A stretch of DNA of 32,476 bases from Deltaproteobacteria bacterium (GTDB taxonomy: Bacteria; Desulfobacterota; Desulfobaccia; Desulfobaccales; 0-14-0-80-60-11), in the NCBI GenBank assembly GCA_021817645.1, contig JAKAGH010000002.1:1-32476 (forward strand), in the 5' to 3' direction. The notes beneath the pieces were generated by a model. The model was not told where the DNA came from. It did not search any database and saw only the letters and a list, made by a program, of their open reading frames with translations. This document shows, piece after piece, positions 24,936 to 32,476 of the stretch. Position numbers and translations under genes: made by a program. Numbering within the stretch: the first letter of the stretch is position 1; each line of letters begins with the position of its first letter.

Positions 24936-25124
24936 ACATATCCATATCATAACGAAATATTCTTGCGGGGGCGTATAGTGGCAAGATATCTTTTTTAAAA
25001 ATTTACCGAAGGATTGCTGAATATAAGTTAACTACTCCTTAACCTTCCACAAATTCCCCCTAAATATCTACCAAGACACCAAGGCCCCAGCTAAATGAAA
25101 GACACTACGTCGTCCCTGTACACC

Positions 25125-25153
25125 TTGACATGAAGTTAAGGAAAGATTATATT
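25125..25153 (+). promoter_or_regulatory. Near-consensus sigma70 promoter ahead of the metal-efflux operon
   Basis: TTGACA (25125-25130), a 17-nt spacer, then TATATT (25148-25153). The next ATG (25162) is only 8 nt past the -10 element, so the first ORF would be leaderless or nearly so. Confidence 0.5.
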
Positions 25154-25161
25154 TCACCCTT

Positions 25162-25362
25162 ATGAAATTCTCGAGAGGCTCTCGCAGTCTGGGCATGGTG
25201 CTCGTGGGACTCTTCCTCCTGCCGGTGCTGGCATTTACGTGGTGCATACCTTGTCATGCCGATGTCCATAACTGCGCGGGGGATTGCGCCCACAGCGAAT
25301 GTTGTGGCTGCCACTCGATGCCTCTCACGTTCGCGGCTAAGTCCGCAACTGAAGGTCGGTGA
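25162..25362 (+). CDS. Small Cys/His-rich exported peptide (66 aa), hypothetical; it occupies the slot upstream of the OMF gene
   Basis: The sequence is MKFSRGSRSLGMVLVGLFLLPVLAFTWCIPCHADVHNCAGDCAHSECCGCHSMPLTFAAKSATEGR. It begins with a signal-like N-terminus, and the predicted mature part has 5 Cys and 3 His. There is no Shine-Dalgarno. Coding status is uncertain. Confidence 0.4.
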   Translation: MKFSRGSRSLGMVLVGLFLLPVLAFTWCIPCHADVHNCAGDCAHSECCGCHSMPLTFAAKSATEGR

Positions 25363-25518
25363 CTACACCTCACCCTTCCATGCCCTCGAAGAACAACCGC
25401 CACTTAAAATCTTTGCTTCCAGCATTTTTCATCCCCCCCGGGCATAGCCCATCCGCTCTATTTTACCGTCTGTTTTTTAAATAAATTTCAATAGTCACTC
25501 GCGGAACCACGGAGGTGT

Positions 25519-26760
25519 ATGGTGAACCTCAAGAGGCTTGCCGTGGGGGTGGTCTTTTGTTTGGCCCCCCTATGGTCCGGCGGAGTTATGGCCGGACTCC
25601 GGGCCTATTCTCTCCCGGAACTGGAAGAGATGGCCTTGAAGACGCATCCGGCTTTGAAAGTCGCCGGGGCGGAGATCAAGAAGAGTGAAGCGGAACTGCG
25701 CATCGCCCGGCAGTACCCCAACCCGGAAGTGGAAGGTTTGGTGAGCAGTCAAAAGGCCCTGGAAGGGGGAACGTATGGCACAGGCTACACCATCGGTGTT
25801 TCTCAAACCATCGAGTGGCCGGGGCGGCGGGGCAAGAAGCAGGAGGCCGCCCGCTTCGGCATTGACTCGTCCCGCCAGAAGCTCACCCAAGAACAGATCA
25901 ACGTTAGAGCCCGCTGCCGGGAACTCTATTACCGGGTTCTTACCGACGAACAACTGGTGAAGATAACCGCCGAAAACCTGGAATCGGCCAAAACCCTCCT
26001 GGGTATTGCCGAAAAACGGGTGAGCCTGGGAGAAAGCCGACCCATTGAACTGGTCAAGGCCCGGGTGGAGTTTTTTTCTCTGGAACGGGAATATGACAAG
26101 GCCAAAACCACTCTGGCAGGAGACCGGCAGGTTTTGCGGCAGTTCATGGGTAGCGGCTTACCCGCCGATTTCGCCCTGTCCGGCGAAGGCGAAGTCATTG
26201 AGCCGGTCGTGCCCCTGAAGCGCTGGCAAGAAGCAGCCTTTGATTCTCATCCCCTGCTGGCGGCCCAGGAAGCCCAGGTCCGACAGGCGGAGAGCACCCT
26301 GGGGGCGGAGCGCCAGGCCTGGGTACCGGATGTGACGGTGAAGTTTTTCCATACCCAGGATGTGGACCTGAGGGCCACCGGCGGCGGCCTCAGCATTCCC
26401 CTCCCCTTATGGAACCGCAAGGAAGGCGAAGCAGCCAAGGCCGCAGCCGCTAAAAGCCAGGCCGACTCCGAACTCCGACTTCTCAAACAAGACCTGGAAA
26501 CCAAGTTGGCTTCCCAATACAGCCTCTATGAAACGGCCCGGCGGCAGGTAGAGTCCTTTAAGACCGCCATTCTCAAGGAGGCCACCGAATCGCTCCGGGT
26601 GGCCCAGTTCAGCTATGAGCACGGCAAAACCAGCTTGCTGGAACTCCTGGATTCCCGCCGGGTTTATCGGGGTACGGAACAGGACTACTACAAGGCCATG
26701 CTGGATTACCGCCTGGCTCGGGTGGAGCTCTGGCGGCTAGCCGGCGGAGGTGTCAAGTGA
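25519..26760 (+). CDS. TolC-family outer-membrane efflux factor (CzcC/CusC-like)
   Basis: 413 aa with a signal peptide and the typical OMF repeats (L.ELE..AL..HP.L......I....A.L..A....PNPE...; LLELLD..R.....Q.Y..A..DY..A...L..L.G). GGAGG Shine-Dalgarno. Confidence 0.9.
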   Translation: MVNLKRLAVGVVFCLAPLWSGGVMAGLRAYSLPELEEMALKTHPALKVAGAEIKKSEAELRIARQYPNPEVEGLVSSQKALEGGTYGTGYTIGVSQTIEWPGRRGKKQEAARFGIDSSRQKLTQEQINVRARCRELYYRVLTDEQLVKITAENLESAKTLLGIAEKRVSLGESRPIELVKARVEFFSLEREYDKAKTTLAGDRQVLRQFMGSGLPADFALSGEGEVIEPVVPLKRWQEAAFDSHPLLAAQEAQVRQAESTLGAERQAWVPDVTVKFFHTQDVDLRATGGGLSIPLPLWNRKEGEAAKAAAAKSQADSELRLLKQDLETKLASQYSLYETARRQVESFKTAILKEATESLRVAQFSYEHGKTSLLELLDSRRVYRGTEQDYYKAMLDYRLARVELWRLAGGGVK

Positions 26761-28022
26761 TGCGGTTGCGTTTGAGCAAGACTAGATGGCTGGTAATCAT
26801 GATGGCTGCTCTGAGTGTAGCATGCCTCCTGGGATGGTACATCTACGAGCGGCATGAGCACGAGCAACATGCTGATCACGATCATGCCAAGCATGACGAT
26901 CATGACAAACATGACGATGCGAAAGAACCCGAGGCGCCGACGCCAGGTCAGGTGAAGCTGACCCCGGAGGCGGTGCAGCAGGCTAAAATTGAGACGGCCC
27001 CTGTGGTTCTCGGTCCCCTGGAAAATCGGGTGTTATTTACCGGAGAGCTGGTCTTCAATGAAGAGCGCCTGGCTAAAATCCGCTCTCGGGTGCCGGGACG
27101 GGTGGTGCAGATCGTCGCCGACTATGGGCAAATGGTGAAGCCGGGGGATGTTCTGGCAATTATTGACAGCGTTGAACTGAGTCAAGCCCAGATGGGCTCC
27201 CGGCAAGCGACAGCCAGATTCAACGCCGCCCAAAAGGCCTATGACCGGGCCCGCCAGCTTTATGAGGGCAAGGCCATCAGCCGGGCCGAACTCCAGGAGC
27301 GCCAGGCCCGTCTGGAAGTTGAGCGGGCCGATCTGGATTATGCCCAAAACCGCCTTCGCCTCCTGGGGGCCGGCGGTGCCATCCCCGCCTCGTTGCCGAA
27401 AGGCTCCCGGTCCGGGGCTAGCTTCGCCCTTCGGACTCCCATTGCCGGGCGGGTGGTGGACCGGAAAGTCACCCCCGGCCTGGTGGTCAAGGAAGAGGAG
27501 GAGCTTTTCACTGTTGCCGACACCTCCGCCCTCTGGTGCTTCGTCCAGATCCCTGAGAAAGATTTGCCTTCAGTGACCGTAGGTTCTCAAGCGACGATAA
27601 CGGTAAGCTCCTTGTCCCAAGAGGAATTTCCGGGCCGGGTGGATTTCCTTGCCGACATGGTGGACAAGACCACTCGCACCGTCCGGGCCCGGGTGCGGGT
27701 GGATAATCCCGACAACCGTCTCAAGGCCGGGATGTTCGCCAATATCGCCGTTCGGGTGGGCCAGCGCACCGTCCTGAGCGTTCCAGAAACCGCAGTCCTG
27801 GCCGCCAACGGCGATCTCTTTGTCTTCGTGGAAATGGCCCCCCGCATCTACCAAAAGCATCTTATCAAGACCGGAGTAAAAGGTGGGGGCCGCGTGGAAG
27901 TGCTGGATGGTCTGGACGCGGATGAGCCGGTGGTGGTGCAGGGAGGCTTCACCCTGAAATCCGAACTGGAGAAGGGCGTCAGCCGGGGCAGCCTCGGCGG
28001 AGGGCATGGACATGCCCATTAG
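26760..28022 (+). CDS. RND efflux periplasmic adaptor (MFP, CzcB/CusB-like) with His/Asp-rich N- and C-termini
   Basis: TM anchor, then HEHEQHADHDHAKHDDHDKHDD. The biotinyl-lipoyl/HlyD-like core reads GRVVQIVADYGQMVKPGDVLAIIDS ... TPIAGRVVDRKV. The C-terminus is GGGHGHAH. The start overlaps the OMF stop (TGATG). Confidence 0.9.
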   Translation: MRLRLSKTRWLVIMMAALSVACLLGWYIYERHEHEQHADHDHAKHDDHDKHDDAKEPEAPTPGQVKLTPEAVQQAKIETAPVVLGPLENRVLFTGELVFNEERLAKIRSRVPGRVVQIVADYGQMVKPGDVLAIIDSVELSQAQMGSRQATARFNAAQKAYDRARQLYEGKAISRAELQERQARLEVERADLDYAQNRLRLLGAGGAIPASLPKGSRSGASFALRTPIAGRVVDRKVTPGLVVKEEEELFTVADTSALWCFVQIPEKDLPSVTVGSQATITVSSLSQEEFPGRVDFLADMVDKTTRTVRARVRVDNPDNRLKAGMFANIAVRVGQRTVLSVPETAVLAANGDLFVFVEMAPRIYQKHLIKTGVKGGGRVEVLDGLDADEPVVVQGGFTLKSELEKGVSRGSLGGGHGHAH

Positions 28023-28045
28023 TGCGGGCTGCGAGGAGGCTGAAG

Positions 28046-31000
28046 ATGATTGAGCGGGTTATTCAAAGCTGCTTGCGGCATCGCTTCCTGGTCCTGATCG
28101 CCCTGGCGGGACTGGTGGCGTACGGGGTTTATGCTTCGATGAAGCTCCAGGTGGATGCCTTCCCGGACGTCACCAATGTCCAGGTGCAAGTCTATACCAC
28201 CTGGCCCGGCATGTCTCCCGAAGAGGTGGAAAAGCAGGTCACCTTCCCAATCGAGGTGCAATTAGCCGGTCTGCCCGACATGACCGAGCTCCGCTCCGTT
28301 TCTCGCTTCGGGTTTTCGCTGATCACTGTGGTCTTCGCCGACCACGTAGACCTCTACTTCGCCCGGCAACTGGTGTTGGAGCGCCTCATCGCTGCTAAGG
28401 AGAAATTGCCCAAGGGCTCGGACCCGGTTCTGGGGCCCATCGCCACGGGCTTAAGCGAAATCTACCAGTACACCCTGGAAGAAGAAAACGCTCCGCCGCC
28501 CGCCACACCCGGCCAGGAGACCGCCCGCCTCATGCGTCTGCGCACCATCCAGGACGCTATTGTCCGGCCCTTTTTGAAAACTGTGCCCGGTGTCACCGAC
28601 ATCAACTCCTTCGGCGGCTATGTCAAGCAATACCAAGTGCAGGTCGATCCTGACCGGCTGCGGAAGTTCGATCTCACCTTGAAGCAGGTTTTCAGCACCC
28701 TAACCGCCAGCAATGCCAATGCCGGCGGCAACGTCCTGGAAAGAGGCAGCGAACAGGCCCTGGTTCGAGGACTCGGGCTGATGCAATCCATCCAGGATAT
28801 TGAAGGGGTGGTACTCAAGGAGGTCAACGGCACCCCGGTCCTGATTAAAGACGTGGCCAAGGTGAGCGAAGGTCCGGCCAGCCGTTGGGGGGCGGTGCTC
28901 AAGGATGGCAAACGGGAAGAAGTGGCGGGCATCGTCCTCATGATCCGGGGGGGCAGCGGCCGGGAGGTGGTGGGTGCGGTCAAGGAAAAGGTCGATAGAC
29001 TGAATGTCGGGGGCGTCCTTCCCAAGGGCGTCACACTCAAGGCCTTCTATGACCGGACCGGTCTGGTCCGGGACTGTATCAACACCGTCGGCCGGGCCAT
29101 CGCCGAGGGCGTCCTCCTGGTGATCCTGGTGGTTTACCTGTTCCTCCGCAGCTTCCGGGGGGCGCTGGTCATCGCCCTCACCCTCCCTTTGGTGGCCCTA
29201 GCCACCTTCATCGCCATGAGGCAAGTGGGCTTGTCGGCCAACCTCATGTCCCTGGGGGGGCTGGCCATTTCCATCGGCATGATCGTGGACAGCACCATCA
29301 TTCAGGTGGAAAACGTCATGCATCACCTCGGGGAGATGAAGCCTGGGCAGAATTTCGGCCAAACGGTGCTCAACGCCGTCCTGGAGGTGCGGAAACCCAG
29401 CCTCTTCGGAGAGCTGATCATCGCCTTGACCTTTCTCCCCATCATGACCCTGCAAGGCATGGAGGGGAAAATGTTCGCGCCCCTGGCCTTCACCGTGGTC
29501 ATTGCGCTTTTGGCCTCCCTGGTTCTTTCCATAGTTGCGATCCCATCCCTGTGCTCGTATGTGCTCAAGCCGGTGCCGGAACGCGTCAGCATCCTGGTGC
29601 GGGCGGCTCAGCGAGTTTACCGTCCGGTACTGGCCCTGGCCCTGGAAAACCGCAAGACCGTGCTGCTGGGCGCCGGGGGTCTTTTGGCGCTGTCTTTAGC
29701 CGCGGTGCCTTTTCTTGGAACCGAGTTTATCCCCCGCCTGGATGAAGGCTATATCACCAATATCACGATCCGTTTGCCGTCGGTCTCCCTGTCCCAGTCG
29801 GTGGAGATGGAGCGCCAGATGCAGCAGGCCCTCTTGAAATTTCCCGAAGTGGAGTCCGTGGTCTCCAAAATCGGCGCCGCGGAGATCGCCACGGAAGCGC
29901 ACGGGGTGGAATCCAGCGAGCCCATCGTGGTCCTTAAGCCCCGGAGTCAGTGGCGCAACGCCCGCACTGTCGAGGATTTGATCGCCAAGATGCGGGTAGA
30001 ACTGGAGAAGATTCCCGGCGTCGCCTACAACTTCTCTCAGCCCATCGCCCACCGGGTGGACCACCTGGTTTCCGGGGTCAAATCCCAGGTGGCGGTGAAG
30101 ATCTTCGGGGATGACATGAACCTGCTCCGGGCCAAGGCCGAAGAGGCGGCCGCCCTCCTGCGGACGGTGCCCGGAGTCACCGACCTCCGGGCCGAGCAGG
30201 TGGCCGGCATGCCGAATCTAAACATCAAGATAGACCGAGCCAAGCTTTCCCGCTACGGCCTCACCGTGGCCGATGTGCAGGAAGTCATTGAAACCGCGGT
30301 GGGCGGCAAGGCGGCCACGGAAATCGTCGAGGGTCAAATACGCGTCGAGGTGGTGGTCCGCTTCCCGGAAGAACGGCGCAACAGTCTGGAGGCCATCGCC
30401 AACGTCCTGGCGACGACTCCGAAAGGAGGGTCCGTCCCCTTGGCGGAGTTGGCCGAGATCATCGAGACCGAAGGGCCGTTGCAGATCAGCCGGGACAATG
30501 CCCGCCGCCGCATCGTGGTGGAGTTCAACATCAAAGGCCGGGACACCGGCAGTGTGGTGACCGACGGTCAAAAATTACTTTCGTCCCGCCTGTCCCTGCC
30601 GCCGGGCTATTACGCCACCTGGGGCGGCACCTTCGAGAACCAGGAGCGGGCCATGCAGCGCCTCCTGCTCATCGTGCCCGTCACCTTGGCCCTGGTGTAT
30701 CTCCTGCTTTTCCTAACCTTCCAATCGCTCCGGTACTCTAGTCTCATCATGCTCAATTTGCCCTTGGCCCTTATAGGCGGCATTTTGGGGCTGCTGATCA
30801 CCGGCCTCTATCTGAGCGTCCCCGCGGCGGTGGGCTTCATCGCCCTCTTCGGGGTGGCAGTATTGAACGGTGTGGTCCTGGTTTCGCAAATCAATCAATT
30901 GCGAGACACGGGGCTCCCCTTAGAAGAATCGGTGCGCCAGGGCTGTGAGCGGCGCCTCAGGCCCGTACTCATGACCGCTCTGGTGGCCATTCTGGGTCTC

Positions 31001-31153
31001 ACCCCGCTCCTGTTTGCCAGCGGGCCGGGCTCGGAATGTCAGCGGCCCCTGGCGGTGGTAGTGGTGGGCGGTCTGTTTACCGCCACCCTGCTCACCCTGG
31101 TGGTCCTACCGGTGCTCTACCAATGGTTCGCCGAGCCAAAGAGGGAATCCTGA
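28046..31153 (+). CDS. CusA/CzcA-family heavy-metal efflux RND pump (HME-RND)
   Basis: About 1035 aa. The N-terminus MIERVIQSCLRHRFLVLIALAGLVAYGVYASMKLQVDAFPDVTNVQVQV is typical of the HME-RND family, with 12-TM topology. ATG 28046 with a GAGGAGG Shine-Dalgarno is preferred over GTG 28022. Confidence 0.95.
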   Translation: MIERVIQSCLRHRFLVLIALAGLVAYGVYASMKLQVDAFPDVTNVQVQVYTTWPGMSPEEVEKQVTFPIEVQLAGLPDMTELRSVSRFGFSLITVVFADHVDLYFARQLVLERLIAAKEKLPKGSDPVLGPIATGLSEIYQYTLEEENAPPPATPGQETARLMRLRTIQDAIVRPFLKTVPGVTDINSFGGYVKQYQVQVDPDRLRKFDLTLKQVFSTLTASNANAGGNVLERGSEQALVRGLGLMQSIQDIEGVVLKEVNGTPVLIKDVAKVSEGPASRWGAVLKDGKREEVAGIVLMIRGGSGREVVGAVKEKVDRLNVGGVLPKGVTLKAFYDRTGLVRDCINTVGRAIAEGVLLVILVVYLFLRSFRGALVIALTLPLVALATFIAMRQVGLSANLMSLGGLAISIGMIVDSTIIQVENVMHHLGEMKPGQNFGQTVLNAVLEVRKPSLFGELIIALTFLPIMTLQGMEGKMFAPLAFTVVIALLASLVLSIVAIPSLCSYVLKPVPERVSILVRAAQRVYRPVLALALENRKTVLLGAGGLLALSLAAVPFLGTEFIPRLDEGYITNITIRLPSVSLSQSVEMERQMQQALLKFPEVESVVSKIGAAEIATEAHGVESSEPIVVLKPRSQWRNARTVEDLIAKMRVELEKIPGVAYNFSQPIAHRVDHLVSGVKSQVAVKIFGDDMNLLRAKAEEAAALLRTVPGVTDLRAEQVAGMPNLNIKIDRAKLSRYGLTVADVQEVIETAVGGKAATEIVEGQIRVEVVVRFPEERRNSLEAIANVLATTPKGGSVPLAELAEIIETEGPLQISRDNARRRIVVEFNIKGRDTGSVVTDGQKLLSSRLSLPPGYYATWGGTFENQERAMQRLLLIVPVTLALVYLLLFLTFQSLRYSSLIMLNLPLALIGGILGLLITGLYLSVPAAVGFIALFGVAVLNGVVLVSQINQLRDTGLPLEESVRQGCERRLRPVLMTALVAILGLTPLLFASGPGSECQRPLAVVVVGGLFTATLLTLVVLPVLYQWFAEPKRES

Positions 31154-31220
31154 AGGAAATATCCCGGATGAACCGGGTAAAAAAGGAGACGCCAATCTTG
31201 AGGCGTCAAGGAGAAAGGCC

Positions 31221-31814
31221 ATGAAGAACATGGTGCGCGTGGTTCTGGTGGTTTCCCTGGCTGTCATTTTTGCTAGTTGTGGTGCCGCCCGGGAGCAAAC
31301 TCGGACACAATCCTTAAGCGAACGTGAGGGGGTCTTTGAGGAGATCGCCACCGCCGAGGGACCGCCCGCCGGCTTTGCCGATGTGGTCATCAAGGCTTCC
31401 CTTAAAACCCATTTACCTGGAGAAGGTCTCTTGTTGGAGTCTCGTAACTGTCCCCATGGCCAGCCTGCATATCGCTTCATCTTGAATATCGACGGCCAAG
31501 CGGTCACCTGGGATGCTCCCGGCCAACGGGAGAAAACCCCGGTGGCGGGTGACCAGCATTCCCCAGATGAGGGCGACGGTATGAGATATAGGCTGGAGAA
31601 GCGAATCCGACTGCGGGCCGGAACGCATCGGATATATCTTGCCGCTTCAGAAACGAATCTTACCAAGACGGTGACCGTCAACTTACAGGAAGGCAAATCC
31701 TATACCTTGGAATTCCAGCCCATTTATCCAAGATATGCAAAAATGGGCCACCCGGCTTTCCGGCTAGGTTTTTTGGGATTTAACGCAAGCATAGACAATA
31801 CCCCAATTGACTGA
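31221..31814 (+). CDS. Hypothetical lipoprotein
   Basis: Lipobox VIFASCG. 197 aa with no motif I recognise. It lies 67 nt downstream of the RND pump on the same strand. Confidence 0.65.
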   Translation: MKNMVRVVLVVSLAVIFASCGAAREQTRTQSLSEREGVFEEIATAEGPPAGFADVVIKASLKTHLPGEGLLLESRNCPHGQPAYRFILNIDGQAVTWDAPGQREKTPVAGDQHSPDEGDGMRYRLEKRIRLRAGTHRIYLAASETNLTKTVTVNLQEGKSYTLEFQPIYPRYAKMGHPAFRLGFLGFNASIDNTPID

Positions 31815-31974
31815 TTGCCCCTTTAGTTTTAAGAGAACGAGGATGTGGTAGGGTGGTGGTGGTCAGGATTGTCCACTCTACCATATCTCCTTTTGGTTAG
31901 ACCTCTATGCATGCACCCCGCGGGGAGTTATCCAGGCCGGCTCATCACCGAAGGCCACCACGCCTGCGTCCGGC

Positions 31975-32126
31975 ACCCCTACGCGAGTTCTGAATACGAA
32001 GGCACCGGCGTGGGTCTGGCCATCGTCCAGCGCATTATCCAGCGCCACGGGGGCCACGTCATGGCTGAAGGCAAGGGGGGGGAAGGCGCTACCTTCTTTT
32101 TTGCCCTGCCCCAAGGAGAGGAGTGA
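31975..32126 (+). pseudogene. C-terminal remnant of a histidine kinase (HATPase_c G2 box to the end)
   Basis: ...[46 protein letters not shown] matches the (E)YEGTG(I/V)GLAI..(K/R)I...HGG.I...S..G.G..F.F.LP end of PAS/phytochrome-type kinases. Nothing kinase-like precedes it in any frame. Confidence 0.5.
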
Positions 32127-32375
32127 GTTGCCGGGCGCTGGCGTCCGGTGCGTTTATAAGAAAGTGTTGCTCACTGCTATCCCCAGAAACTTATCACGGT
32201 CCTGAAAACCTCCACTCGCCAGATCATATCTGGATTTTTCCATAGGCCAGCGATAAGTCTCCCGGATGGCAAGATACCCGCACCCATGGGTCAACACTTG
32301 TTCTGGAAGTGCGTGGGGGTATCAGCGTCCCACATACCGGCAATAGATAATAAATAAATCATATTTCCTTTTCTC

Positions 32376-32476
32376 CTAATTCCTTGCTTCGAACAGCCAG
32401 GAATGGCTGGCAATAGTATCCGGTGATCCCATGACTATCAGCAGATCGTTGACTTGGAGTTTAAGGTCCGGTTCCG
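32376..32476 (-). CDS. 3' end of a gene entering from the right edge; possibly a TrkA-C/RCK-C domain tail
   Basis: My own translation of the minus strand is ...EPDLKLQVNDLLIVMGSPDTIASHSWLFEARN*, with the stop at 32378-32376. The pattern (G)D.L.V.GS...I resembles the ends of TrkA-C domains. It is very short, so the call is weak. Confidence 0.3.
   Translation of the reverse strand, partial: EPDLKLQVNDLLIVMGSPDTIASHSWLFEARN

Noticed and set aside
25125-25153. A MerR/CueR-type metal-responsive promoter
   Set aside because: MerR-family promoters have an over-long 19-20-bp spacer containing a dyad. Here the spacer is a standard 17 bp with no dyad.
25256-25447. A 63-aa ORF overlapping the Cys-rich peptide ORF
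   Set aside because: It lies in an alternative frame of the same short region, with no signal peptide, motif or ribosome-binding site. At most one of the two ORFs is real, and the Cys/His-rich one has the more protein-like features.
32160-32375. Mini-ORFs of 23 and 36 codons on the minus strand downstream of the TrkA-C-like gene end
   Set aside because: They are too short and featureless to support, although one has an AGGAG upstream. No call made.

Overview
This is a 32.5-kb chromosomal window from a GC-rich Gram-negative bacterium; most lines I counted were about 58-68% GC. The lineage cannot be determined by eye, and a cytochrome-rich Desulfobacterota/Nitrospirota-like origin is only a guess. 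From left to right the window holds seven blocks. (i) A partial DUF4337 gene, REP-like hairpin clusters around a 60-aa ORF, an IS transposase tail remnant, and an AT-rich gene for a secreted jelly-roll-like protein. (ii) A minus-strand envelope operon: a membrane-anchored NTF2-like protein, a triple-SH3b protein and a secreted 5'-nucleotidase. (iii) A plus-strand NarL-type two-component block: a sensor kinase (periplasmic domain, PAS, HisKA_3) and two paralogous LuxR-type response regulators, interleaved with a glycine-zipper lipoprotein and an SH3b lipoprotein. (iv) A minus-strand cluster of the extracellular-electron-transfer type: a decahaem MtrA/MtoA/PioA-like cytochrome, an MtrB/PioB-like porin, a monohaem cytochrome c and a 7-haem membrane-anchored NapC/NirT (ImcH-like) cytochrome, followed by a Met/Gly-rich Spy/CpxP-family periplasmic protein. 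(v) An accessory patch bounded by decayed gene fragments and containing a truncated tRNA-Leu(CAA) 3' part. It carries a type I R-M operon, hsdM-hsdS-fic-hsdR, in which a Fic gene is translationally coupled to hsdS in the position PrrC occupies in the E. coli prr locus. (vi) A heavy-metal RND efflux operon (TolC-like outer-membrane factor, His-rich adaptor, CusA/CzcA-family pump with non-canonical motifs), preceded by a strong sigma70-like promoter and a tiny Cys/His-rich secreted-peptide ORF. (vii) An orphan lipoprotein, a histidine-kinase tail remnant and a partial TrkA-C-like gene end. I saw no CRISPR array, rRNA or intact mobile element. The two items most worth follow-up are the Mto/Pio-type porin-cytochrome module wired to an ImcH-like cytochrome, and the Fic gene embedded in the type I R-M operon.
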